From contig NW_024704755.1 in assembly GCF_018977255.1 (NCBI RefSeq), positions 15,500,001 through 15,564,000 of the forward strand: 64,000 bases of DNA, written 5' to 3'. Numbering within the stretch: position 1 is the stretch's first letter; the number at the start of each line of letters is the position of its first letter. The translations under genes and the position numbers were made by a program. Positions 23,547 through 36,718 of this stretch are shown here, one piece after another. The DNA is from Callorhinchus milii. Taxonomy: Eukaryota. The notes under the pieces are model-generated. The model was not told the origin of the DNA. It was given only the letters and a program-made list of their open reading frames with translations, and did not search any database.

Positions 23547-25329
23547 TTAGTATAAGTGTTAGGCTACACCATGAGAATCGAATGAACCAAATGAAAGTAC
23601 ATGGAGTACACAAGGTGATCTTTAAGCCATACCGAATGTCTTTCCATATTTTATTTAATGCAATTCAAAATTATAAATACAAATCTGATGGTTTCAGAAA
23701 CTGTACATCATTTGTCATGTTACGAACATATTTAGTAAATGTTTAATAATAGATGTGACAGAAACAAAATATATTTTTTCCGTTTTAACAGACACATTTA
23801 TCTTCCTTACAACTATTACAATCATGAGCACAGCTTCTCTCTATAAACACAGTTAATTATATAGCTCGCCATATGAGTGTTATAGGTGAATTAGAGAAAT
23901 AACTAAATAATAATTCTACTACTAATAAAATAATAACCCTTGCATAGTTAATCATAACTATTTACACAAGGTTGTTTGTGTGAAAGTGCTTCAAATGATT
24001 TGTTGTTTGTGTTTTAGGCAAAGTTGAAATCTTATTTGCACATAGCAATATCCCATAAACAGCTATGAAGTGAATGACCAATTTTGTTTGGGGAACTGTT
24101 GACCATGATATCTAGAGAACTTCTTTGACTTTAGCAGCAATGCTAAGAGATCTTTACCTTACACCTCAACAGCCAGTGTGGACCTTTTTTAACATCTAAT
24201 CTAAAGGATAAGAAAAACAACTTGGATATATATAGCGCTCATCACTCAGGGTAGTGGTTCTGAACATCTGGAGCATCTGGAAGTACGCCTATGACAATAC
24301 TATGACAATGCCTATGCACCCTAGTGTCAGTCTAGAATGTTAGCTCAATTTTAACCTCTGACTTGTACCTACAATCTTTTGGTTTAGAGCGGGCACCAGA
24401 ACCATGTTGAATGAAAGAAAGAAAGAGTGTAAGGTGTTTAATAATAATTATTATAATAATATTAATAATCCTTGCATTCTTATAGACCTCTCAAAGCACT
24501 TCTCAGAATATGCTGTAAAGTGAATTGACTACATTTTTGGGCGAATGATTGTCCCTGTGATGGATGTCACACATTACAGGATTTGAGTCACTTTGTTTGT
24601 AGAATTGACAGCATCTGTCAGAAAATCAATTCAAACACTGGTTTACACCTCGGGACATCCTCTTCATGTAAAAAGCTGTTTATAAATCAAATTTGTTTTT
24701 GTTAATTTTTTAGTTTATATGCCATGAGTGAAAAATGATGAAAGAATTCGCAACTATATTGAAATGAATTTGAGCACACTTTATGCTACCTGATTTTTTA
24801 TCACCTTTAGAAATCACATGTAAGGCAGACAAGTACAGAAAGGGAATACTCGCTGTGTCTGACTCTGGCTGTGATAGGCTGTAACACTCGAAGTGGATAA
24901 TTTAGAGTAGGTTGTTGTGACACTGACTTCCTGTTTCGTTGGATATGTGTAATGTAGCTGTTGTTTTGGGTGCGATGCGAAACCACACTTCTACAGCAAC
25001 AGTGAGAAAATAACAATGCATCCTATTAATAGCGGAGAAAAGGCTGAACACATATCTAAACATAAAAAACAACAGTGTTCAGAGTCACTATTGAGCTTTG
25101 GTGCTTTCTGTAACTGGAAATGTTGTTTTGAGCACCAAGGCATAGAAACATAGAAATATAGAAATACAGAAACATGGAAACATTGAAATAAATACATAGG
25201 TACAGGAGAAACGAGAATAGGGAATAGAGAATAGAGGCATAGAGTTAATAGTATTAGAAACATAACAATCTGGTGGCATATTACTTCTGATACTCAGCCT
25301 TTTGAAGGCAGCGTGTGTGCAAATTTGTT

Positions 25330-25990
25330 TTTATATGCTATATATAGTTATGTTTTTATTCCTCTTTTACTCCTTTGTTTTCTCAATGGCATCTAAGAAA
25401 TCATTTTTTGATTCTGTTTTCTCACAGTACAATTGTATGGTGCTGACAGGGACCATGGCCTACTCCATGAGAAAAGGCATCATCACCCTCCTTTGTAAGC
25501 AGAAGGAGGAGAGGAGCAAATTAACAACTGGCAATTGCTTTCGCTGCTGAATGTCGATCATAATTTCCTGGCAAGGTGATCTCTGAGGAGATTCGACAGT
25601 ACTGTGGAGCGTGGTTCACTCTGGAGAGGCCTGTGTGATTCCAGGCTGGAGTGTCTTCTCTGATAGCTTTGCCTACGCACAGGAAGTGTGTGTGTGGGGG
25701 GGGGAGGGGTGGTGGGGGAGGAAGATGGTAGATATCTGACTGATCATCTCAATCAGGAGAAATCCTTCAACAGAGTACCTCAGGACTGCATGTATGAAGT
25801 ACTCTCCACAATGGGCTGTGAAAAGGGAATATTCAATTGACTTCAGCTTCTCTACAGAAACATTTGCAGTACAGTCAAATGTCGCTAGGACCTGGGCTTT
25901 TATTTGTACTTGGTGTTGCGAAGGATGCGTCAGGCAGACTTGCGTCAGAATGCCACATCCAGTTGAAGCATGTGGAAGTATCTATCAGAT
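25330..25990 (+). mobile_element. Degenerate L1/Tx1-clade LINE RT fragment
   Basis: MRKGIITLLCKQKEER..LLNVD..LA-like RT motifs. Related pieces at about 33890-34430 and 63850-64000. Confidence 0.6.
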
Positions 25991-26119
25991 GTCAAGAATT
26001 TCCTACTCGCAATACCGAGTCTACACGTCCGGTCATGGAGTCCAACAGAGAGGGCAAAGTGGCATAACCTGCACACACCCAGCTTTGTCTAACCTTAGAA
26101 TACAATTTAAAATTATATT

Positions 26120-27010
26120 TGTATAGCAAGTCAGGAGGATGCCCCAAGGTGCTGGAAAGTCAGGGATTTAGACCTGACGACGGGGGTGGTGGGGGGGTTG
26201 GGGGGGGCTTGGGGTAAAGAAGGGTGGAAGGCAGGGAGGTTATGTGGGTAGCTGAAGGAATGGTGCCTTGTTGGAAGCAAGGGACAATGTGAGGTGAAGA
26301 GAATGTGGGATGGAGTACTAAAGGTTGGGGGCAGAGAGGATGAAGGTTCGATCACCGATGGTGGGGTGGGCCATGCAGGGGATGCGTAGCAGGCTGGAGC
26401 CCGCTGAGCAGAAAGAATGGACTGGTTGATAAGGGGTTAGCAGGTCACAGAAATAGGAAGGGGGTAGGCCGTGCAGAACCTTGAAGGTGAGGGCAAGGAT
26501 TTTGAACTCTATCCTCTGAAGGTTGGAGAGCCAGTAGACATGCATGAGGGTGGGGGTGATGGGGTCACGGAGCAGGTGTATGAGAGAATGAGCAGCAGAG
26601 TTCTGGGTTGTTTGCATCTTGTGGAGGGAAGAGATGGCAAGCAGGGATTTGGCGTAGTCGAGCCTAGATGCAATGTTTGCCAGCATGATGTTTTTGTTGG
26701 CTTGAGGGGTGAGGTAGTAGTGGAGCCGGGCGTTATTGTGGAAGTAGGTGAAGGCAGATCGGTTAGTGCATGGATGTGGGGGAGAAAAGACAGTTGAGTC
26801 AATCAAGATGCCAATATTCCTGACTGGCTCAGTGAGGTGCAGTGTGCATCCTTGAATGTTGATGCTGCCAGTGCCTAAAGTATGGAGGCGCTGATAGGAG
26901 CCAATCAGGAGGGCCTCGGTATTGTTGACTTTCAACTGTAGAAAGTTGTGTCTCTTCCAGGCCTTGTCCTGGTTTGAATTGATTCCAACATTCATTTGCC
27001 AAGCAAGCCA
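26120..27010 (-). mobile_element. L2 LINE RT/3' fragment
   Basis: ORF 26318..27061: FLQLKVNNTEALLIGS, SRLDY, WLSNLQRIEFKIL. Confidence 0.8.
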
Positions 27011-28809
27011 CATTGGACCCAGCTCAGCCAAAATGAGACAATGTTTGTTTCCTCCCTCCAAGGACAGTCACTGGTTAGCAATTAGACATCCATCGAGCAC
27101 AGGATTTAGTCTGCGCTGGATGGATAATAGATACCAGAAAATATCTACAAATCTCACAGTGAGCAGCACAACTAAGCATTAAATGTGTGAGAGCGCTGCC
27201 CGCACCCTCCTGTCCTTCTTGGGACAGCTTTGTATCGACTGAGCGATGATTGAAGCATTGAGTGAATCAACAAACAAAACCCTGAAGATGTGCTTTTTTA
27301 AAAGGTACAAACGCAGCCACACACCGTCTGCTTTGAGACATGGCGATTATTGGATAAGCACAATATCAAATTTGTGAATTATAAATAGATAGGAGGGCAA
27401 AGTAAACCCACTCTACAGTTCAGATCTCACCTTTAATGAATCAGAACAAAGGCAAAGATGTGAGGAATGATATATCTGTTTGTTGTTACATAAACAATGC
27501 AAAATTGTGCACAATATCTACAACCACTTCGCTACTCTTTGAGAAGCAATTAATAGAAAAGTCGCTAATACATAGAACATGTTAAAATCAACTGGGCTCT
27601 ATTTTTAATCGGATTGAACAAATCTCTTGCAATGGAATTATGTATTGACATTTTCAAATACAGCAGAACAATTAGGGTTTGATCACTTAGTTGTTTCACG
27701 CTAGGTTTTTTTTTGCAGTTCAATAATATTTAAACAGTTCAACGCCCAGGTATCAACTTTTTCACTGCGTTGTATGAATTGCACCATATTTTGTGGACCT
27801 GCTTTTAAAGTTGCCCATAGCAACTGTTTTGTTTGTCTGAAGCGACAGAGTGACCAGAGGAGATTGATTCATGCAATTTATGTTTTTTTTTGAAAGAACA
27901 TGTTACAGAAAACAGAAATTCCTAACTTTTATATTCAGGTTTTAGTTTCATAGCAGTTAAACCTCTTAGTGAGGTGTACCTTAAAAAACGTTATCAGATT
28001 AACACAAATAATACTTGTTTAAAATTAAGTATGGTTAAAAAGATATAGTAAGCAATATTTTCAAAGAATTTTCCTCAAGGCAAATTGTGTAACAAACTGA
28101 TCAATGCAGTTATGGTTGAAACAGGTCTAAACAGCATTACAGCACAAGACTAATGTGGCACATCATTCAGTACATTGAAAACTACATCCAATATACAACA
28201 ATATCCATTTTGGTGACTATTGCATTACTTAGATCTTGGTTCCCTGCAGATAGTTGCTGCTGCTCCTCTGTGGTCTCTCACATGGAGCTCCACATGCACT
28301 GTATCCTTAACATAACTTTTAGGTTTTCCTGATTTTTTTGGAGGGATGTAAATCCAGAACAGCACAGATTAGATTGTTCTCGCTGCCCTTTGCTTGGTCT
28401 GAAAAGGCAATGTTTGAGAGTTTAATAGTATAAATTCATTTTTCCTCAATCTTCAGTAATCTCCTTGAATATTTGCCAATTATTATTTGCAGCACCATTT
28501 GCCCAATAGCTCCTTTGATGAAGCCACTGCTCCTCACGGAACTGAGCTGAACAGAATTCAGTAGCCACGATTCTTTGCGTATTGGTTTAGTTGCACATCA
28601 AGAGCAAACATGGGCTTGGAAAGAAAAGTGAAAATGAACCAGGGAAGCAGTTGTTCAAATGATTTGGACACAAGTGTTTTTCTTTTTCTAACTGGTGAAG
28701 GATTGCTGGCATCATTTGATGGCCTAGGTCAGTGACAGAGAGAGAAAAAAANTCATAGGAGAAAGAAAGGTTAACAACAGAAATATACAAACTAATTTAT
28801 AATAAAGTG

Positions 28810-29460
28810 TAGAACATTTTACTATTTCTTTTTATATTCCTTGATAATTTACTTTCATAATTCCTCTTCTAGCCAAATTATCTGGGGATAGTTGAAATCC
28901 CCCAGGATTATTATTCTATGTCTTTTACTCATTTTCCTAATTTGCTTGCATATTTCTTCCTGAACCTCCCTTCTACTGTTAGGTGGTCTGTAGAGTACCC
29001 ATATTTGTGTGATTGATCCATTCTTATCTTTTTTCTCTATCCAGGCAGATTTTGTTCCTCTCTTACTGTTGGCTATGTCCCTTTTTACTACTGCCATGAT
29101 GATATCTCTAACAAATACAACCACTCCATCGCCCTTTATCCCATCTCTATCCTTTCTAGATATGTTATATCCTGCAATGTTTAGCTGCCAGACCTGTGCT
29201 TTTTGTAGCCGTGTATCTGGTTCCTCACTACGAATTATTGCCTTCAGTTCTCCTGTTTTATTTCGGATGCTGTGTGTATTGTTGTACAGACAGTTTACTT
29301 CATTATTATTATATAATTGTCCCTCTCATTTCATTCTTGATAGTCTTTTCTCAATTTTGTTCGAATTGTATTAATTCTCTAACCATTTATATTCTCCTTA
29401 TTTCTTACTTTTGGCTGGTTTTTGACATTTCCTTCTGATTGCACTCCCCCCGTTTACTAG
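28810..29460 (-). mobile_element. CR1-like LINE endonuclease fragment at the copy B deletion junction
   Basis: YRPP and ILGDFNYPQIIW APE-endonuclease motifs (ORF 28855..29124). Confidence 0.8.
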
Positions 29461-30019
29461 TTTAATCATTTGAAACATATGATCAATCACATATGAGGGG
29501 AGTTGGTTGTGACCAGCTTCAAAGAAGATCCTTTCCAATGAGAAGAAACAAGAGTGTTTATAAACAACAAACAGTTTTCATTCCTTATCATGCATTTTCT
29601 CATGGAAAAATGGTCTGCAGCAGGAGAGAGCTCTGTTGCATTTGTTTTTACAACACTTCCACCTTGCAAAAGAAAACAGGTGAAAGATGACCTTATCAAC
29701 AGTAAACACGGAGATCGATTCGAAAGAGAAGTAAGAGAATTGGAACTTGGAATCGTGAACCATATTCCAGGTTCTAAAGTAGAAACATCAAGACTTCGAG
29801 TTAAGCAACTCTAAATGTAAATAATAAATAATTCCTTGATATTTTTGTTGATATCAAACTGGAAATCGTATAACAATACATTTGAAGGACATATATTTGG
29901 ATTAAAATGGATTTTAGATTGGACATTGCTCCCTTGGTTTGGTCAACTTAAATCGTTGTGAACAGCATTATAAGTGGGATCGCAAGCATAATTGGAGGTA
30001 CTCTTTTAAATACTGATTT

Positions 30020-30325
30020 GTGGAGTCCTGTAGCTCAATGGTTAGAGCGTTCGCTTTGCAAGCGAGACACCTGGGTTCAATTCCAGGCAGAGGGCGAAAC
30101 CTTGGGCAAGTTTCCTTAGTCCACACACCTAATAATAATCCCTCCAAAACAAAAAAAATTGATCATTTTCAATCCACTACTGTTTGTGGGATACTGCTGT
30201 GCACAATTGGCTGCTGCGTTTCATCCACAAAATTGAATTGAATTGAATTACAGTCTATTCTGTGAAGTGCTTTGAGACGTCGAGAAGACTTGAAAAGCGC
30301 TATATCAAATGCAAGGATTATTATT
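30020..30325 (+). mobile_element. tRNA(Ala)-derived SINE
   Basis: A box TAGCTCAATGG, TGC anticodon loop, B box GGTTCAATTCC, no acceptor stem, (tta)n tail. Confidence 0.85.
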
Positions 30326-33002
30326 AATATAACCATTATCAATCTGAATTAATAAACATTGATTAATTGTACAAATTTATGTCAGTACTTACTTCACTGC
30401 AGGGAAACAAATTTACAGTAATCCTTACATATCTGCCTGAACAAGTAGAAGGGACCTCGGTTTAACGTCTCACTCAAATAGCGGGAAACCATAGATCAAT
30501 TCCCTCGCATTGCATTGAATTGTCAGCGACGTGGGACAATCTCTATAAATTCGTTCAGGATAGAATAAAATATCAGATAGAGTAAACTTCTAGTCATGGT
30601 GGTATGAAGGGATATAAATGTTCGAAAACATTGCTTAACGCAATTATTCAACAACTCCACTTCCCACTTTGTTGTGTTTGATAAATTCGCCGGCTCAGAT
30701 CATTACAAGAAAGAAGGGGTAACATTTTGGTTGAATAATATTCTATTGTTCAATGGTTTCATATTTAAATAATACCTGTTCCTGTGTGCTGTGCAATCAT
30801 ATCTTTGTACGAAAATAGAGAATTAAACAAATAATTTACCCATATCGATTTCAAATCGATGTAGCAATGTATCACGTTTCAACATTCTCCATTAATATTG
30901 TATTCACACTTACCTTGTACAATTAAATGTGATCCAGTTCCATTTCCTACTATTTTCCCTTGACGGACCACTGCGCAGAGATAGACTCCTGAGTCGTAAA
31001 AATCCACATTTAGGAGCTGGAATGATTTGGAATCAAATATTTTCCTGTTGTCAGTTTTTGTATGTAAGTATTGACTCTCTCCTTGTTTCCACCAGTAAAG
31101 TGTTACATCTGAACTTTGTTGATAAGTGACATCCCTGCAGGTGAATTTAGCGTTTTCACCTTGGGATTTTGTGAGTTTTGAAGGATATTGAATCACTTTC
31201 ACTGATGCATCACCTGAAACTGTAAGGAAATGAATTCACCATGAATTAGTAATTAAAAAGAGGAATAGAAGCAAAACAAATGGTGAGAGGGAGAGAAAGG
31301 TGGGAGATAGTTAGAGGAAAAGAAAGACTTTAATGTATTTAATGTATAAATTTAAAAATTCTTCTTCTATATAATTTTGTATTTAAACTTTGCTATAGTA
31401 AAATTCCATACCTGTGGCAATAATCCCCATTAGAGAAAGATAGGGATCACATTACTCGCCATCATTGTGATCGGTTGGGGAGACTCACTCTGAACCAGTT
31501 GCTGGTGTAACAAACGTTTGCTGACTGTTTTATATGAAAGTGACTTCCTGTGTCCATGGTTCAGAGGTGAATTGGATGCGATTGGCAAAGTAAATTGTGC
31601 CTTTCAATAGTAACTGAAATCACTACTCAGATCGGCAGTAAAAGGGAGGGTTAAATATTGCCACTGTCTGTGGTTATTCTGTGTATTGCATTATTTCTTA
31701 CTTCCCAGTAAATATTTACCTTTATATTAAGTAACTACGAGAAAATAAAGCTGTTTGCAGAGCTAAGGAAACTACATTCTCTTCAGTTTAAGAATATTAA
31801 TCCTTGCATTTGATTTAGCGCCTTATCACGTGGTATATACTGTAAAGTGAATTGACTGTACATTTTGTTGGCGAAACGTGAATAAAACAAGGTTAATTTG
31901 CTGTTGCCTAAAAGTGATGGTAAACAAATGTTTATCATCAATTTTAAGCTACAACACGAGAATCTGCCGAATCTAGTGAAAGGACACGAAGTAAACGGAG
32001 TGATGTTTCAGCCAAACACAAAGATTGGATTCATTTAAATTTATGAGCAAATATATAAAATATCTTCTGGCACCTGAGCAGTTAATCATTGAATGAATTA
32101 CCATGTTGAATGACTTTCCATATTTTATTTAACACAATTCAAAATCATGAATACAAATCTGATGATTTCAGTAACAATGCATTATGTATCCGGTTACAAA
32201 ATTATTTAGTAAATGTTTAACGATAGAAATGAAATTTTTTAAAAACTTTTACAAAGTCTCTCTATAAAGCTTCTCTCTGTAAACACAAACAAATGTCACT
32301 CACGATAGGAGTGGTCCAGGTGAATTAGAGAAATAACTAAATGATAAAAATAATAATGGTTCAACTCATAATAATATAGTAACCCTTGGAAAAATAAGAA
32401 TAACTCTTTACACAAGGTTGTTTGCGTGAAAGCGCTTCACGTGATTTATTGTTTGTGTTTTAGGCAAAGTTGCATCTTATTTGCACACAGAAATGTCCCA
32501 TAAACAGCTGCGAAGTGAATGACCAATTTTCTTTGGGGAACTGTTGGTCAAGATACCCAGAGAACCGCTTTCAGTTTAGGAAAATTTTATGAGATCCTTA
32601 ATTTACACCTCAACACGCAGCGCGGAACTTGTTTCAACGTCTTATCTTAAGGATAAGAACAACAATTTGAATATATATAGCGCCCAACACACGGGGCAGT
32701 GGCTCTGAGTGGCTGGAACTACAGCTATGACAATACAAAATTCAGCCACTTCACTTCACCTTCTGTTCAGAGAGCACATCAGAACCGTATTGAGAGAAGA
32801 GAAATATAGAGAGGAAATAAAGATGACGTTTGGCCCTGTGATGACCATCACGTTAGAGATTTGAGTCACTTTGTTTGTAGAATTGCCAGCAACGCAGAAA
32901 ATAAGTTCAAACACTGCTTTACACCTCGAGGCGTCCTCCCGACGTAAAAGGCTGTATCTCAATGATATTTGTTGTTGATTTCTTAGATTAAGCGCTGTGG
33001 AG

Positions 33003-33449
33003 ACATTGATTTTAAGATCCTCATCCTCACCTACAAGGCCATTCGCGGCCTTGCTCCCTCCTACCTCTCCGACCTACTATCCCCCTACCTACCTGCCCGT
33101 ACCCTCCGTTCCTCCGGCTCCGGTCTGCTCCACGTCACCCGCCCAAATCGCCCTACCATCGGTGGTCAGGCCTTCAGCCTCTCAGCCCCCAGGCTCTGGA
33201 ACTCCATCCCCCAGTGCCTTCGCCGCTTCCTCCCTCTCCTCCTTCAAGGCCGGTCTCAAAACCTTTCTCTTTGACCGAGCCTTCAGCTCCCCTCTCGACT
33301 CTCTTCCCCCTCCTCACTCCCTCCCTTCCCTCCCCTCACCCTGACCATTTCCCCCCTGCTCGGGTCATGACCCAACTGTGCAGCGCCTTGGGACGTCCTC
33401 CTGACGTGAAAGGCGCTTTATAAATGGAATCTTGTTGTTGTTGTTGTTG
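33003..33449 (+). mobile_element. Young 5'-truncated L2 element
   Basis: End of the L2 ORF2, 3'UTR and (TTG)n tail. Confidence 0.85.
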
Positions 33450-34918
33450 AAAGAGGAAAAAATCGTAACTATATTGAAACGAACTTGCAAACATTGATGG
33501 ATCCTGAGTTACAGTAAGAAAACATGCCTTTAAACATCATATATGTAAGACAAACAGGTACAGAAAGGCAGCATACCTATGTCTGACTCTGATGAGCTGT
33601 AACACGTGAACGTGGATAATTTGATGTAGAGTAGTTTGCTGTGACGCTTACTTCCTGTTCTTTGGGTTCGTGAAATGTAGCCGGTGTGGTGCGTGCAATG
33701 TGAAACCACACTTCTACAGTAACAATGTGAAAATAACAATGCATCCTATTAATAGCAGAGAAAAGACTGAACACGTATCTAAACGGAAAAAAAAACAGTG
33801 TTCAGTGTCACTATAGAATTTGCAGTATTTTCTGCAATGGGAAAGGTTGTTTTGAGCATCAAGGCATGGAGCTAATAGTTTCAGAAACATGCTAGCGCGA
33901 GCGTCTGGAAGGCTGTCTCTCTGGAGAGCTGAGCAGACCTTATTCCAGACCAATAAGACCCCCGGGGGCATCGACCTCCCAGAGGAGCTCTGCTTGGGTC
34001 TGTGGGAGCAGGTAATCCATGGCCTATGTCTTTCCAGGGTACAGCTATAATTCTATATATAGTTACGTTATTTTCCCCACTTTTATACCTTTGTTTTCTC
34101 CATTGGCACAAAATGTAAGAAATCGGTGTTTGAATCAGATTTCTGACAATACGATTGTCTAGTGGTGGCAGGGACCATGGCCGACTCCATGTGAAAAGGC
34201 ATCAACCTCTGTAAGCAGAAGGAGGAGAGGGAGGAAAATAAGATCTGGCAACCGATGTCGTTGCTGAATGTAGATGATAATATCCTGGCAAAGGGAATCT
34301 CCAAGTGGATTAACACAATACTGTGAGAGTGATCTGCTCTGCTCAGACCTGTGTGGTTCCGGGCTGGAGGATCTCTGATAGCTTCATAATACTGAGAAAC
34401 ACCATCGCCTATGTGCAGGAACTGGGGTAGAAATCTGACTGATCCATCTCAATCAGGAGGGACTTGACTTGACCTTTGACAGAACGATTTGTCTGCTCTA
34501 TCGCTGCTTGTATAGCGAGGACCACTCTATCGATTAAGTAGAGTGGTCTACTCAAAACATTCTTTTGCCAATCCAAATATATTGGACCTAACTCAGCCAC
34601 AAGGAAACCAGGATTCCTTCCTCCCTCCAAGGACAGTAAGTCATTGGCAATTAGATATCCATTCAAGTGCAGGTTATAGTCTGCACTGTATGCATAACAG
34701 ATACCTGGAATTCCCTTTGCACCTCTTTGTGAGCGGTACAACGAAGCATTGAATGTGTGAGAGGATAGAGCCTCAACCTCATGACCCTCTTGGCATACAT
34801 TCGTACTGATTGAGTAGTTGCTGAACCAGTTGGCGCGATTTTTTTTAAAAAAAGGCCTGTGTTATGACAAATTGACGGTATCGCCCACAAAAGACACGTG
34901 TATTATTATACACGACTT

Positions 34919-35250
34919 ATAATAATAATAATAATAATAATCCTTGCATTTGATATAGCGCTTTTCACATCGGGAGGACGTCCCAAAGCGCTTCACAGAA
35001 TATACTGTAAAATGAATTGATTGTATATTTGTGGGCGAACGCGGCAGCCAATTGCGCACAGCAATGTCCCACAAACAGTCGTAGATTGAAAATGACCAAT
35101 TTACTATTGTTTTTGTTTTTTTGGAGGGATTATTATTAGGCTCTGTAAGGAGTAAGGAAACTTGCCCAAGGTTTCGCCCTCTGCCTGGAATTGAACTCAG
35201 GTCTCTCAATTGCAAAGCGAGTGCTCTCACCACTGAGCTACAGGACTCCA
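34919..35250 (-). mobile_element. tRNA(Ala)-derived SINE
   Basis: Near-identical to the copies at 2.4 and 57.1 kb. Confidence 0.8.
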
Positions 35251-36718
35251 CAGTTACAGGACTTAACAGTTTATCCTGCAAAACACTTTGAGACATTGTG
35301 ACTACGTGATAAGGCACAATATCAAATTCATGGTTATTAATAGATATGACCTTGAAGTAAAACCACAGCACAGCTGTGAGCCAGCACAAAGGCGTAGAGC
35401 TCCAGAATGATATGTCTCATGTCGTTAGAATGCAAATACACTGCTCTATTTTTAGCTTGAGTGAGCGAATCTCTTGTAATGCAACTATTTATCTACACTT
35501 CTAAATACAGAAGAACCATTGAGGTTTTAACTCTTAGTTAATTGTTATTTAATATTATTAGTTGTTTCAAGTTAGGTATATTTTTAGCAGTTACGTGAAC
35601 AGCTCATGTCCACAACTTTTTTGCTGCGTTGGACAAATTGCACTTTCTTTTATTGAACAGCTTTTAAGCTAGCCTGCATCATTTCATTAATGCTGAAGAG
35701 ACAGAGTCACTAAAGGAGATTGCTTCAAGCAATTCGTGTTTTTATCGATTAAAAGGATGGTTGAACATGTTAAACAATAGTTCCTAAGCTTCATCCACTG
35801 GTTTTCGTTTGTGGCAATTAAAATGCTATTTTTTAATCAAATAATTTAGTAGTGACCTTTACAAATCTTATCAGATTAAAAATACTGTTGGTAATTATGT
35901 ATGGATTATAGATATAGCCAGCAATATTTTACAAGAAATTTCCTAAAGATATATGATGTAATAATAAATGCAGTTATAGTTGAACCAGATGCAAAAAGAA
36001 AAGCAGCACAGGACTCAGAAGCTAATTATTCGGTATTGTGGAAAACTACATCCAATATACACCAATATCAGTTTCTGACACTGTTGCATTACATGGATCT
36101 TGGTTCCCTGCAGATAGCTGCTGCTGCTCCTCCATAGTTTCTCGCATGTCGTTCTGCACACTCTGTATCCTTAACGGTACTTTTAGGTTTTCCGCTTTTT
36201 TTTGGAAGAATGTAAATCCAGAACAGCACACGTCAGATTGTTCTCGGCTGTACTTTGCTTGGTCTGAAAAGGCAATGTTTGAGAATTTAATTACATTGGT
36301 TCATTTTTGCTCAGTCTAGAAATCTCCTCAAATATTTGCCAGTTATTATTGCAGCACTGCTTGACCCACAGCTCATTTGATAAAGGCCCTGCCCCTCACA
36401 GAACTAAGCTGAACAGAATCTAGCGGCCACAATTCTTTCCTTGTTGGATTCGTTGCGCAAAGACAACAACGGTGGGCTGGGAAAGAAAAGTGAAAATAAC
36501 CAGGGAAGCAGTTGTTCAAATGTTCTGGAGATAAATATTTTTCTTTTGCTAAATGTTGGCAGATTGCTGGCACTATTTCATAGCCCAGGTAGAGAGAGAA
36601 ACGATCAGAGGAGATAGAGGGGATAACAACAGAAATAGACAAACTAGTGTATAATAAACAATGAAGTGATTTCCACTATATATAATTTAGCGAGAAAAAT
36701 TCTCAGATATACCTGGGG

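Larger units (their letters stand above)
28225..31465 (-). pseudogene. Copy B: leader + intact V exon + terminal exon, with C1/TM/cytoplasmic exons deleted
   Basis: Leader 31465-31412 has a 1-nt deletion giving an early TAA. V exon 31219-30914 is open with intact splice sites. Terminal exon starts at 28398 with a 1-nt deletion and Tyr to Cys. No C1 or TM motif lies between them. Confidence 0.8.

Noticed and set aside
28752-28752. Single N base
   Set aside because: It is an ambiguous call in intronic sequence. It has no bearing on the features, but it is a reminder that single-base indels in copy B need read-level confirmation.
30020-30095. tRNA-Ala(TGC) gene
   Set aside because: There is no acceptor stem, it continues into a SINE body and (TTA)n tail, and it occurs in six dispersed copies.
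36089-36263. Parallel loss of the last tyrosine (TEY) in B, C and D as a sign of selection
   Set aside because: In all three copies it lies downstream of a stop, so neutral 3'UTR decay explains it.
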